Positions 1 to 9,952 are shown, counted from the stretch's first letter. The stretch: 26,179 nt of DNA from Candidatus Hodarchaeum mangrovi (GCA_016839515.1 JAEOUE010000225.1:1-26179), one strand, 5' to 3'. Notes: generated from the sequence alone by a model not told the origin. Translations and numbers: made by a program.

Positions 1-2
1 TA

Positions 3-257
3 GATGAAGTACAAGATCTTAAATTATCAGATCATCTCCAGACTCCTACTACCATTGGTGAAGATACCAATCTTCAACAAACACTTGTATTTGCTATGAA
101 GGAGGAAAAAGGAGCTTACGAATTATACACAAGAATGGCAAAGGCAACACAAACGAAAGAACACTCATTAGTTTTTGAAAAACTCGCCCAAATGGAGCTT
201 ATTCATAAAAATAAGTTAGAAACACTTTATGATGATATGTTTTATGCTGAATATTAA
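3..257 (+). CDS. Rubrerythrin/ferritin-like diiron protein, 3' part (5' end outside window)
   Basis: Manual translation from nt 3: DEVQDLKLSDHL...QQTLVFAMKEEKGAYELYTRMAKATQTKEHSLVFEKLAQMELIHKNKLETLYDDMFYAEY*. The AMxxExxAxxxY and LAxxExxH motifs are typical of the rubrerythrin ferritin-like four-helix bundle. TAA at 255-257. Not in the ORF track. Confidence 0.85.
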   Translation, partial: DEVQDLKLSDHLQTPTTIGEDTNLQQTLVFAMKEEKGAYELYTRMAKATQTKEHSLVFEKLAQMELIHKNKLETLYDDMFYAEY

Positions 258-461
258 ATGAATTCTATAAAGGGATATTTTTATACAGTCAATTATTAAG
301 AATAGCCTATTTATCACGCAAGCCAACAAATTGAAGATCCACAGACTATACCATTTTATAAATCATATTGTTCTAAGACAATATCTCACCTAATCCAAGA
401 AAGATTGATTGCACCTAATAGAAATTTAAAATAGTATTGGGGAAGAAAGTTTTGATCGAGA

Positions 462-1220
462 ATGGAACAAACTAAGTTAATTTCAATAAAAGGAGTAATT
501 ATCATACTTGTAATTGTCTCTGTTTCAATAGGGTTTTTCATAATTATTAATTCCCAACTAACTGAAGATAAAGTGATCCAACAGGACTATTTGGTTTATT
601 ATGGAGTAAACATTACCTGGTATGGATCTGCTAGTTTTAAGCTTAAGACAGACAATTTAACCATCTATATCGATCCCTATGAAATTACTTTAGACCAGGT
701 GGAAAAGGCGGACATTCTAATAATTACACATCATCATTACGATCATTTATCGTTAAATGACATACTAAATATATCTGATCCGTTAAACACAGAAATATAT
801 TATCCCGAATGGTGTACAACATACTTAATTAATTTAAATAGCTCATATAAGCATAATATTGTCTCTTCCTATGATAATATAACAATAAAAGGGATTACAC
901 TAAATTTTATCCCAAGTTATACGATTTATAGTGGTTCCCACATGAAGGACTTAGGTTTGATAGGAGTAAATATTGACTTTGGAGCGGTACGAATATTTCA
1001 TCCAGGAGATTCAGATGACATACCAGAGTTCAGATCGGTTGTGACGGACATCGCGTTAATCCCAATATATAACATGGAAGCCGCGTTAGATATAGTACTT
1101 TCACTAGAAAAAGTTTCAAAGCTGAAATATGCGATACCTATGCATTATAATTCTATGGAGAATGCACTTGAATTTGTAAAGAAGACAACTTGTAAAACAA
1201 TTATTTTAACCAGTCTTTAA
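462..1220 (+). CDS. MBL-fold metallo-hydrolase (UlaG/Lactamase_B_3-like) with N-terminal membrane anchor
   Basis: ITWYGSASF, IYIDP, THHHYDH (HxHxDH), a downstream His, HPGDS and IPMHY motifs; hydrophobic segment at about aa 11-30. Confidence 0.9.
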   Translation: MEQTKLISIKGVIIILVIVSVSIGFFIIINSQLTEDKVIQQDYLVYYGVNITWYGSASFKLKTDNLTIYIDPYEITLDQVEKADILIITHHHYDHLSLNDILNISDPLNTEIYYPEWCTTYLINLNSSYKHNIVSSYDNITIKGITLNFIPSYTIYSGSHMKDLGLIGVNIDFGAVRIFHPGDSDDIPEFRSVVTDIALIPIYNMEAALDIVLSLEKVSKLKYAIPMHYNSMENALEFVKKTTCKTIILTSL

Positions 1221-1243
1221 TCTTCATTAACAAGATAAAAAGC

Positions 1244-1375
1244 ATTATCTCATATAAAAACTACATTCTTGGTTCTGATAAAGACATTGAAGATGCTATT
1301 CATCTTGAAGAATTATTTGTTGAATTCCTTGATATTGCATTCCTTAAAAAGATTGAAAATGTGATTCGAGATTAA
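1244..1375 (+). pseudogene. C-terminal remnant of an archaeal nucleotidyltransferase-like protein
   Basis: Frame reads IISYKNYILGSDKDIEDAIHLEELFVEFLDIAFLKKIENVIRD*, resembling the IAYKLxLGSxKDxEDAxHL C-terminal signature recalled from archaeal nucleotidyltransferase-family proteins. No start codon or N-terminal part is present. Confidence 0.55.
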
Positions 1376-1538
1376 AAATAAGGAAGATCGAATTTGGATG
1401 TTAAAATACTGGGCTAAGTTTGTCAAGAATTCTCTAGGTCATGTTTGGTCAGAGTAACAAGCACATCTTTTCAACTCAATAATTATTTACTTTTTCACAA
1501 TTCTTCAAAGAAAGAAACTCCTTAATCCTCCTGAATAG
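1359..1538 (+). pseudogene. Degraded small partner gene of the nucleotidyltransferase module
   Basis: ATG 1359, then M*FEIKNKEDRIWMLKYWAKFVKNSLGHVWSE*QAHLFNSII...; internal stops at 1362 (TGA) and 1455 (TAA). Resembles the recalled NxxERxxFxxxWAxYVxxxxxxxWSxQQxxLINS small archaeal protein that follows these nucleotidyltransferases. Confidence 0.5.
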
Positions 1539-1647
1539 AACAAGTTTCACCTGTTTTACATAAAGATCTCCCATGCTGGAGAGGACCTGGTAATCAAACA
1601 GGATGAATTAAAAATCCTATTGAAAATCAATACCCTGTGAATTGATA

Positions 1648-2922
1648 CTATGAAATAACTTGAATTGGTGTAACTGTTGAAGAACAAATTTTAATAGAAG
1701 ATTCGTCTTTAGAGATATTTTCTTTTTGAATTTCTAATCGTAAACGATTAACAAGTTCAGCATGAATACCAGACCGATAGTACATGATTCCCATGAAAAT
1801 AGTTGAGACCCCAGTAACGATGAAAAAGAGCCCTAAGATAGCTAATAGACCAAATGTCCCTCCATGGCTTAATTCATCAGTAGTTACCATTTTATCTACA
1901 AGCCATACAACTGAAGGAATCCCAAAGACCAAACTGAAGATATTAGTAATAGAATCTGAGGCAAAAGTGAGGAGGGTGGTTTCAGTAATTCTTTTTCCAT
2001 CTGCATCTCGACTTCCAGTACTAAAATGTGTTTGAGCTACTTTTATTTCAGCATCCTCCCAAACCCAAACCCAAACAAAATAAATCGCCATGATTATGGG
2101 TACAATCAAAAATACAAACAAAAAACCCACACTAGATAATGCTTCTATCGAGATTAATGCCTGAACAGGAGGATCACCCCGAAGCCAAAGGATAAGTCTG
2201 ACCATTAAGGCAGATATACCCGCGTTGACTACGAAAAAGGGTTTCCATTTTCCAATGATAAATTTAATAAGATCTAATCCATTATGGAGCTTTTTAATTT
2301 CGGAATCAGCTTCTATAAACCACATCCCTCTCAAATTCACCCCAGGAATATAACTTAAGAACCCAAAAAATGAATAAGAAAGGATTAACAACTTTTTGGG
2401 AATAAAGTACAAAAATCGATAAATTTTAGGAAAACAAATGAAGACTAAAGCAGTAAAGGTTATTACCAAAAACAGATTTCCAGTGAGGATTGTTAATAAC
2501 AGGAAGATCCAAAAGGTCCAACTAGACTTCTGAAATCCTATTACATGAAATGTACCTTTTTCGATTCCTAAAAATTCGTAATTAAATTCCTCCTCCTTTT
2601 CAATATCTTTTTTATTCAGAAAATAGGTAATTAATAAGGAAAGAGGGAATAAGTAAAGCTGTAAAAACAGGTAGAAGAGGGAAATTGTTAATGGATAGAA
2701 AGTAAAAATATAAACCAAAACCATTACAATCACATACTTCCACATACGAGGTGGCCTTTGGGTTTGGATTTTTTTCCATTTACGAACTTGGAAACCTTTA
2801 CTTACGGTGTAGATAGGAAGAAATGGCAGAAAAAGAATCATGAAAAATTTTTTAAGGAAATTTGAGGTGTTAAAGTGTTTCCTAAACGAATATTCCATAA
2901 TGAGTGGGGCTGAAATGGTCAA
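1648..2922 (-). CDS. Hypothetical polytopic membrane protein
   Basis: 424-aa ORF with many hydrophobic helices; TTG start preceded by an AGGAG SD-like motif; no recognised family motif. Confidence 0.8.
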   Translation of the reverse strand: MTISAPLIMEYSFRKHFNTSNFLKKFFMILFLPFLPIYTVSKGFQVRKWKKIQTQRPPRMWKYVIVMVLVYIFTFYPLTISLFYLFLQLYLFPLSLLITYFLNKKDIEKEEEFNYEFLGIEKGTFHVIGFQKSSWTFWIFLLLTILTGNLFLVITFTALVFICFPKIYRFLYFIPKKLLILSYSFFGFLSYIPGVNLRGMWFIEADSEIKKLHNGLDLIKFIIGKWKPFFVVNAGISALMVRLILWLRGDPPVQALISIEALSSVGFLFVFLIVPIIMAIYFVWVWVWEDAEIKVAQTHFSTGSRDADGKRITETTLLTFASDSITNIFSLVFGIPSVVWLVDKMVTTDELSHGGTFGLLAILGLFFIVTGVSTIFMGIMYYRSGIHAELVNRLRLEIQKENISKDESSIKICSSTVTPIQVIS

Positions 2923-3327
2923 TTTTGGATCTCCTTACATTCTAATCATTGAGAAATAGATGACGCTTATTATATAATTAACATTCCATATTTGAAAAGA
3001 AATCAGGATTTTACCATTTCTCGACATCTAGCACTTCAGTCCTACGACATAAATTACTTATTTCCATAGAAGGAGTAAAAATACTCTGTCTTAATCCCAC
3101 TGAAATAGAGAATTATCATTGCCAGGTTTTGGATAAGAAAATAAAAACAGATCAGAATATCGAGATAAAACTTACTAAATTGTATTTAGCGTTTTTTTCT
3201 GAATTTATAATATCTCTTTGAGTTTTTGTTATATAGAACTGACACTCGACCTAAATCAAAGACTAAAAATATGATTTCAAAAGAAACTTGATAAATTACC
3301 CCTAAAACAAAAGCTTCGGAGATAAAT

Positions 3328-4326
3328 ATGTCATTCAACTTATATGATATCCCCAAAATAAATTTATGTTTGTTACCAACACCAATTGTAGCATTAAATC
3401 GACTTTCTGATTATCTGGAAGGGCCTCAAATATATATGAAAAGAGACGACCTTACAGGGGTTGCTTTTGGTGGAAACAAGAATCGCAAGTTAGAATATTT
3501 ACTCGCAGATGCACTTCAGAAGAACGCAGATACTGTCATAACAGAAGGTGCAATCTATTCAAACCACTGTCTACAAACAGCTGCTTGCACATCAAAGCTC
3601 GGAATTAACTGTGAACTTGTTTTATCTGGTATAGAACCCTCAGAAATCACAGGTAACTTTTTATTATTCAAAATTCTTGAAATACCTCTCTATATTGTTA
3701 ATAATTCATCAGATAGAAAAAATTATATGAGGGAAAGAGAGAAAAAGCTAATTTTAAAAGGTAAAAAACCATATATAATTCCTACAGGTGGATCAAACGC
3801 TCTTGGTGCTTTAGGGTACATTAATTGCATTTTAGAGATAAAAAACCAAATCAAGCAATCTAATATTGAATTTAATTATTTTGTACATGCTGCTGGGAGT
3901 AGTGGAACTCAAGCGGGATTGTTAATCGGAAAAAAATTGTTTTATCCTGAGATCAACATTATTTCTATTAGCGCAGGAATTGATGCATCATATCTAGAAA
4001 CTGAAACAGTCAGGATTGTAAAAGAATTCCAGTCGAAATTTAATGTAAACCAAGATCTATCGAGAATTCCTACTAAAATAGTAACTGGGTATGAAGGACC
4101 CGGATATGGTTTGCCAAGCAAAGAAATGGTGGAAACAGTAAAGTTGGTCGCACAATTAGAAGGGGTGTTTCTAGATCCTGTTTATAATGGTAAAGCCATG
4201 GTAGGTATAATTGATATGATTAAATCTGGAAATTTTTCTGAAAATGAAAAGATTTTATTTCTTCATTCGGGCGGAGGCCCATCAATCTTTAATTATAATC
4301 AGGCTTTTTGTAAACAAATCCCATAA
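3328..4326 (+). CDS. dcyD: D-cysteine desulfhydrase / ACC deaminase family PLP enzyme (fold type II)
   Basis: PTP, KRDD, GGNKNRKL (PLP lysine), SNH, GGS, GSSGTQAG, LDPVYNGKA and HSGG motifs. Symbol given at family level only; the substrate is uncertain (see findings). Confidence 0.9.
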   Translation: MSFNLYDIPKINLCLLPTPIVALNRLSDYLEGPQIYMKRDDLTGVAFGGNKNRKLEYLLADALQKNADTVITEGAIYSNHCLQTAACTSKLGINCELVLSGIEPSEITGNFLLFKILEIPLYIVNNSSDRKNYMREREKKLILKGKKPYIIPTGGSNALGALGYINCILEIKNQIKQSNIEFNYFVHAAGSSGTQAGLLIGKKLFYPEINIISISAGIDASYLETETVRIVKEFQSKFNVNQDLSRIPTKIVTGYEGPGYGLPSKEMVETVKLVAQLEGVFLDPVYNGKAMVGIIDMIKSGNFSENEKILFLHSGGGPSIFNYNQAFCKQIP

Positions 4327-4505
4327 ATTATTTACATTCAAATAATAATTATATTGTATTCTTTAATTGTATTTTTAGGTGTTTTAATCCGATTTTAATA
4401 CAATATTAGATCATCCAATATTTTTTTAGGAAGAAATTATTAGATTCTAGAAGGGTTATTAAATTGTATTTCTTAGTCTAGTAACATCTCTATTGAATCA
4501 ATTTT

Positions 4506-5453
4506 TCAGTTTACTGCTTTATAAACCGCTTTAGATATTTGTAAATCTTGGACAGCGACTCCTGTTAAATCCACGATGGTTATTTCATCTTCTGTAGTTC
4601 TTTGGAGTGTCTTTTCTAATATCATATTTCCAAGTTCAATCAAGTCTTCTTTCACGATTTCTTTCTTTTGAAGAGCATGATAACATTCTCCCCTTGACTG
4701 AGCTTGTGAAATACTATCAACAATCACCTTGTCAGCTATTCTGAGAATTTTTGGCTCCAATTCTTGTTTTTCAGAAGTATCAGAACCTACCGCGGTTATA
4801 TGAGTTCCTTTTTGTACGTGTTTAGCAAGAATTAATGGTGCTTTTGAGGGAGTACATGTGACAATCAAATTACAGTTTCGAGGGATATCTTGGAGTTTCT
4901 GGGTTACTTGAAGGTCATAACCTGAATCACTCATCTCCTCTGTATATCTTCGAAGGCTTTCTTCAGATCTCCCCCAGATAAATGCATTTTGACAATCAAC
5001 GACTGATTTTAAATACTTTAATTGTAATTTTGCCTGCATTCCAGTCCCCATAATACCAATGGTATTTATTTCTTTAGGAGCCATATATTTGGCTGCAATG
5101 GCTCCAGCTACTGCAGTTCTTATATCTGTCAAAAAGCCTTCATCAAGTAAAATACAAAGTATTTCACCAGTTTTTTGTGAAAATAAAATATTTAATCCGT
5201 TTGTGGAAGGGAGACCCAATTTTGGATTCTCATAGAATCCTTGAGCTATTTTTACAACATAATAATTGTCACCAACAATATATCCATATTTAATATGACA
5301 ATCTCCTGGAGGGTTTTCAAAAATCATTTCCCCTACAGGTGGCACAATTACTTTTCCTTGTGAATATGCTACGAATCCCTCTTCGATTATTTCAATCAGG
5401 TTAATTTTCTTTATAGTCTCTTTGATTTGGGGAAGATAGACGATTTCTGTCAT
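4506..5453 (-). CDS. Ornithine cyclodeaminase / mu-crystallin family protein
   Basis: HIKYG, VKIAQGFYENP, LTDIRTAVAGA, Rossmann GTGMQA, HITAVGSD and DLTGVAVQD motifs. Start moved to ATG 5453 (MTEIVYL), which has AAAGGATGTGA upstream and removes the overlap with the upstream gene. Confidence 0.92.
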   Translation of the reverse strand: MTEIVYLPQIKETIKKINLIEIIEEGFVAYSQGKVIVPPVGEMIFENPPGDCHIKYGYIVGDNYYVVKIAQGFYENPKLGLPSTNGLNILFSQKTGEILCILLDEGFLTDIRTAVAGAIAAKYMAPKEINTIGIMGTGMQAKLQLKYLKSVVDCQNAFIWGRSEESLRRYTEEMSDSGYDLQVTQKLQDIPRNCNLIVTCTPSKAPLILAKHVQKGTHITAVGSDTSEKQELEPKILRIADKVIVDSISQAQSRGECYHALQKKEIVKEDLIELGNMILEKTLQRTTEDEITIVDLTGVAVQDLQISKAVYKAVN

Positions 5454-5490
5454 TAAATCACATCCTTTATCTGATGATACAAGACTGGAT

Positions 5491-6630
5491 TTACTGAATG
5501 ATTTTCTTAAATTCATCTATGAAATCAAGTATATCAGATTCCCTATTATAAAAATGTGGAGAAATTCTTAGTCTATTTTGTCTAATAGTAATTATGATTG
5601 GTCTTGTTAGATTTGCTAGTTGTTGTCCAATCTTTGTAATATCCTTTTGATTAATATTAAAAGTTACTATAGAACCACGTAGGCTTGGAGTAATTAAATT
5701 AACTCCTTTAATCTGTCCTAATTCCTCTAAAAGAATATTTATCAATTTTTCGGAATGTAACTCAATATTTCGAATTTCCAACTCATTTAAATAGTGAATA
5801 GCTTCTGCCAAACCGATTTTTGCTCCATAGGCACTGGTACTATATTCAAATTTTTTGGCACCAGTCGTGAATACCAATTTCTCTGGATTGAAGCTCCAGA
5901 TGTCTTCTACAGATCTCCATCCCACAAGAGCTGGCTCGAGTCGGTCACATAAAGTGGGAGAAATATATGCAATGGCTGTTCCAAAAGGAGCACAGAGCCA
6001 TTTATAACTACCAGTTATATAAACATCAACAGCCCATTTTTTAACAAAAAGTGGACAATATCCTGCAGCTTGAATCCCATCTACAATGAGAAGGGCTCCA
6101 ACATCATGAGCTGCATCCGCTAATTGTGCTAAATCAAACTTTTGTCCCGTAGAATACTCAACATGACTTAAAACAACAACTTTAGTATCTTCATTGATCC
6201 TGTTAAGTAATTCGTCATTAGATATGCAGCCCTTATTTGCTTTAATGATGTCGATATTAAGTGAAGTATCTTTCATTAACCTTAACCAAGGGTAGGTCAC
6301 ACTCGGGAATTCTTCGGATGTAGAGATAATATCCCCAGATTTTATCCCCAAACTCCAGGCAATAGCATTCATTGCTTCAGATACGCTGTTAAAAACAGCA
6401 ATCTCTTTCTTATTACAGCTTAATAATTTTGAACCTTCATTTCGTAGAGTTTCATATATAGAAACTTCTTTATCCTCATTTAAGGCAATAGTTCCCCCTT
6501 GTGCCAGATCAACAAATGTGGAAATTGCTTTATCAATGACAGAGTTAGGTACAAGTCCGATGCTTGCAGTTGATAGATAATTTACTCTTTCTAATAATGG
6601 GAAATCCATTCTAGCTTTTTCAAAGGTCAT
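5491..6630 (-). CDS. Aminotransferase class V-fold PLP-dependent enzyme (cysteine desulfurase-like fold, no catalytic Cys loop)
   Basis: DFP, YLSTASIG, EFPSV, SHVEYSTG, VDGIQAAG, GSYKWL (PLP lysine) and RISPHFYN motifs. Start probably ATG 6630 (MTFEKARMDFP); ORF-track alternative is 6648. Confidence 0.9.
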   Translation of the reverse strand: MTFEKARMDFPLLERVNYLSTASIGLVPNSVIDKAISTFVDLAQGGTIALNEDKEVSIYETLRNEGSKLLSCNKKEIAVFNSVSEAMNAIAWSLGIKSGDIISTSEEFPSVTYPWLRLMKDTSLNIDIIKANKGCISNDELLNRINEDTKVVVLSHVEYSTGQKFDLAQLADAAHDVGALLIVDGIQAAGYCPLFVKKWAVDVYITGSYKWLCAPFGTAIAYISPTLCDRLEPALVGWRSVEDIWSFNPEKLVFTTGAKKFEYSTSAYGAKIGLAEAIHYLNELEIRNIELHSEKLINILLEELGQIKGVNLITPSLRGSIVTFNINQKDITKIGQQLANLTRPIIITIRQNRLRISPHFYNRESDILDFIDEFKKIIQ

Positions 6631-6957
6631 TTTAACTACACATCTCAAATTAACTAATATAGGATTGGTTTGCTTATTGGATAAATAGTCTTAAATTTTC
6701 TCCCCTAAGTCCTGAATTCAGAACGAGTCCTCTTAAAGTTGGAAAAATTGCAAAGGATACTTGAACTGAAGTTTTTCATTGTTTGTCGGAATTAAAAAGT
6801 GTTATCATAATTAGAACCATTTTAGGGGTAATTATGAGTCAATTGAGGAAAAAATATGGTTGCTGGGACACATGTTTATATAGAGCACTAAGAATATCCG
6901 ATAAATCAGCTGAATCTACTTCGGAAAAACTACAAAATAGAGTAAAGCAATTAATAC

Positions 6958-8109
6958 TCATTTAATTTTACCCATTCGATGAATCACAGATAGAAGAAAT
7001 GGGAATATCAAGAAAATAAAAGTAGGGCGTATTCTTATCTGATCTAACCCTGGATATGATGCAAACAATTCTAGATCAAATGGAAGCAGAAATTGAATAA
7101 ACAATAGTATAGTTCCAATAGCTAGGAAGAATGTAAAAAGGAGGATTCCTTCTTTTTGTAAATTTAAGTCTTTACGACCATCATAAATTATCCAAAAAGG
7201 AATAAGAAACCAAGGGAAAAAAATATAAAGAAATAAAATTGTATAGGTATTCATCAATAGCAGAAAAAGCAGTGTAGCAATAATAAAGAATATTTCCACA
7301 ATTTGAATGGTTGAGTGCTTCATAATTGACCAAATAGCTAGAATTCCAGAAGCAAAAATAATGAAAGTGATAAATGAAATGAAAATAGGAGAATTAACTA
7401 GACTTTCCAAGCTTGAAAAAAATCGATAATAAAAATAGGACTCGGGCTTAGATAATGGAATACCAAAAGCGGTGAAAAAGGTCAATTCTTCATGATTCAT
7501 GAATTTAGTGGCAAAGGCTCCTAATGCAGGAACAGTAACAGCCATTGGTAAAGCAGAAAAACACAGCAGAAAAGCAATCCAACGTTTCTCAGTACCAGTG
7601 TTAGATGATGGAGGTTTAATTTCCTTTTCTCTTTCCTCTAAATGATTAATCAGGTTGATTTTTTGTTTTTTAAGATATATATAAATTGCATAATATGCGA
7701 TAACAGAGGAAAGTAGTACCATATAACCCCATTCAATGTATACCTCAAAACGAGGGAGGGCAACAGGTTGACTCAAGGAAATCAATCCAATGAAAAATGT
7801 ATAGAAAAGAATTGGAACAAGGGATAAAGGTAAAATATCAAAATATTTGGCTTCTTTTTGAATGAAGTTAAGGTAGAGAGCTAAGAATAGGAGAATTAAA
7901 AAAATATATGGGATTAAGAGTCTGCTAGTATCTCCCTGAAAATAATAAAAAAGATAAATAGTAGTTCTGGTGCTTTCACCGCTCGAATCAACACTATTAG
8001 TCTTTATAAAAGGAATGAGTAATTGAAGAAGTAGTGCAACAATAATTTGAAGGTGGTTATAATGAGAAATATTTCTATAATTGAATTTAAAAAGATCCTT
8101 ATAATTCAT
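6958..8109 (-). CDS. Hypothetical polytopic membrane protein
   Basis: 383-aa strongly hydrophobic ORF; ATGA overlap (8106-8109) with the upstream gene indicates translational coupling. Confidence 0.8.
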   Translation of the reverse strand: MNYKDLFKFNYRNISHYNHLQIIVALLLQLLIPFIKTNSVDSSGESTRTTIYLFYYFQGDTSRLLIPYIFLILLFLALYLNFIQKEAKYFDILPLSLVPILFYTFFIGLISLSQPVALPRFEVYIEWGYMVLLSSVIAYYAIYIYLKKQKINLINHLEEREKEIKPPSSNTGTEKRWIAFLLCFSALPMAVTVPALGAFATKFMNHEELTFFTAFGIPLSKPESYFYYRFFSSLESLVNSPIFISFITFIIFASGILAIWSIMKHSTIQIVEIFFIIATLLFLLLMNTYTILFLYIFFPWFLIPFWIIYDGRKDLNLQKEGILLFTFFLAIGTILLFIQFLLPFDLELFASYPGLDQIRIRPTFIFLIFPFLLSVIHRMGKIK

Positions 8110-9248
8110 TTTTCTTCCTCCTTAGAATAAGATGATCTGGTGGAGGGAAATATCCAAAGAACGATGAAGAATAGAGAAAAAAGAACTGTAAATATTAAAA
8201 TTTCCCAGTTGATGGATTTAGTTACAGAGGCAACTCCTTCAGTATAACTAAGAACAAATAAAGTTGGAATTGAACTATTCAAGATTGGCCAAACACCAAA
8301 CCAATTACTAGCGGCAATAATTTTAGCTGAACCACTAATGGTAATTTCATTTCTCTGATTATCAATGGATAGCTTGCCAATATAGTATGCATGATCTGAG
8401 GAAGAATAAACTAAATACAACTTTGAGGTTGAAATAATTAGGATGTTTGGGTATTTATCAATCAAAGGAATATAAATCCGTTTCCAAGCAGAACCATTAA
8501 AAGAAAGTAAATGATAATTGTTATTCTCGTGTTCTAAAAAGAACAATTCTTCCTTAGAAGTTGCTGATCCTCTGTAAATATAAACAGACGATTCAGGTTG
8601 GTATACATGAGTTTGAGAAATTGATTTCAAACTCTCATTATAAGTCCATAAAGACACATATTCGACATATTGGTTAGCATAATTCGCGATTGTCCAGAAT
8701 TTAATACCATTGTTAAAATAAACACCAAAAAAAGTACTCGGGAGATTTGTATTGTTGATTAATAAGACAGGGCTCCAATTCGTGCCTAAATCATTTGATA
8801 ACGTCATAACTAAATTTTGATGCGTAATCCATGTCTCATTCACAGTCTCAGTTATAATTTTAATACCAAGAAGAGCAAGAGAGTTGTTTTCCAATACCAC
8901 AAAGTCACAAGCTCTTAATTCACCTTCAATACTAGAAAAGAGATAGTCTAGGTTAATTAAATTAGACCATGAGCTGTAATCATTTGTCGATCCAAAGAAA
9001 GAAAAGTCTTCTCCCCCCCATACTGTGACATACCAAATGCCATAGTATAGAAAATCAGTTGTTTGAAAGATTTTCATCGGATAAACATGTATATTTGAAT
9101 TGATATAAGAAATATGTTCAGATAAATCTATATGAATTTCTTTGGGCTCGTTCCATTGAAGATCAAAAGAAAAAATGTTGTACATAATCATACTACTAAG
9201 AATCAATAGAATAAGAAAATTTGAATTAAGAAAACGAGAAAATCCCAC
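8106..9248 (-). CDS. Extracellular beta-rich (probable beta-propeller, BNR/Asp-box) protein anchored at both ends
   Basis: N-terminal and C-terminal hydrophobic helices; Asp-box SNDLGTNW and a degenerate STNDYSSW; GTG start with GGTGAGG SD upstream. Confidence 0.75.
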   Translation of the reverse strand: MGFSRFLNSNFLILLILSSMIMYNIFSFDLQWNEPKEIHIDLSEHISYINSNIHVYPMKIFQTTDFLYYGIWYVTVWGGEDFSFFGSTNDYSSWSNLINLDYLFSSIEGELRACDFVVLENNSLALLGIKIITETVNETWITHQNLVMTLSNDLGTNWSPVLLINNTNLPSTFFGVYFNNGIKFWTIANYANQYVEYVSLWTYNESLKSISQTHVYQPESSVYIYRGSATSKEELFFLEHENNNYHLLSFNGSAWKRIYIPLIDKYPNILIISTSKLYLVYSSSDHAYYIGKLSIDNQRNEITISGSAKIIAASNWFGVWPILNSSIPTLFVLSYTEGVASVTKSINWEILIFTVLFSLFFIVLWIFPSTRSSYSKEEEK

Positions 9249-9545
9249 TTAACCTCACCATTCAAAATAAATAGTAAAATCTAGAGATACTCAATTAATA
9301 AGATTAACCATTATGAAACTAGCTAAAAACATCTAAATCGTATCAGGGTAAAATTGTTTTCAATATTTTGACTTATTCGATTATTTTATGAGAGGAGTTG
9401 TAAAATCAAAGCTTCTACTAGGTTATTTCACAAATTATGTATCATAAATTAAAAGGATTTGTTTAAAAAGAAATAAACAATAACTCAAAAACTATACAAT
9501 AATATTTGTTATATTAGGAAGTATTGATAGTTATTCTATCCAAAG

Positions 9546-9555
9546 TTTTATATAA
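9546..9555 (+). promoter_or_regulatory. Archaeal TATA box of a probably leaderless transcript
   Basis: TTTTATATAA preceded by purine-rich CAAAG (BRE-like), ending 22 nt before ATG 9578. Confidence 0.55.
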
Positions 9556-9577
9556 GACTCTACCTGAATTTAATCAA

Positions 9578-9952
9578 ATGGGATTGACGTTAAAAGAAGC
9601 TGAAACCACAATCCAGAAGCTCCAAAGGATATTTGGATTCAGTAGACACGAAATCTGTATTATTCTTCTCTTAGCTAGGAAAAATTCTCGTAAAACAGGG
9701 TTGTCATTTAACCAGCTTCTTGAACTTTTACCTCTCAATAAGAAGGAAATTAACTTATATTTAGAAAATCTTAAATCCCGTGGTTATCTTGTAGTAGAGG
9801 AAGGGATTCCAGAAAAACGATTCCGAATTACTGACTTAGTACTCAAAGATTTTCACACTTTTCTCTCTGAATATTTAAAAGAACAAAATAAAAAGATCGT
9901 GGGAGAATTATTTCATATTAATCCATATACTGAAAGAATTATATTGTATTAG
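9578..9952 (+). CDS. TrmB-like winged-helix transcriptional regulator
   Basis: LQRIFGFSRHEICIILLL...LSFNQLLELLPLNKKEINLYLENLKSRGYLVVEEGIPEKRFRIT fits the TrmB N-terminal wHTH pattern. ATG 9578 preferred over TTG 9524 because of TATA spacing. Confidence 0.75.
   Translation: MGLTLKEAETTIQKLQRIFGFSRHEICIILLLARKNSRKTGLSFNQLLELLPLNKKEINLYLENLKSRGYLVVEEGIPEKRFRITDLVLKDFHTFLSEYLKEQNKKIVGELFHINPYTERIILY

Noticed and set aside
4351-4406. ATATTGTATT...AATACAATAT inverted arms, with similar arms at 19741 and 19839
   Set aside because: Very AT-rich arms with long, unequal spacers; chance or a simple convergent terminator region is as likely as a MITE.
5491-6630. Calling the class-V enzyme sufS/iscS
   Set aside because: The catalytic Cys loop is absent and there are no neighbouring Fe-S assembly genes.
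6783-6965. 60-aa ORF between the class-V gene and the membrane protein
   Set aside because: TTG start, no recognisable motif; may be another scrap but cannot be supported.
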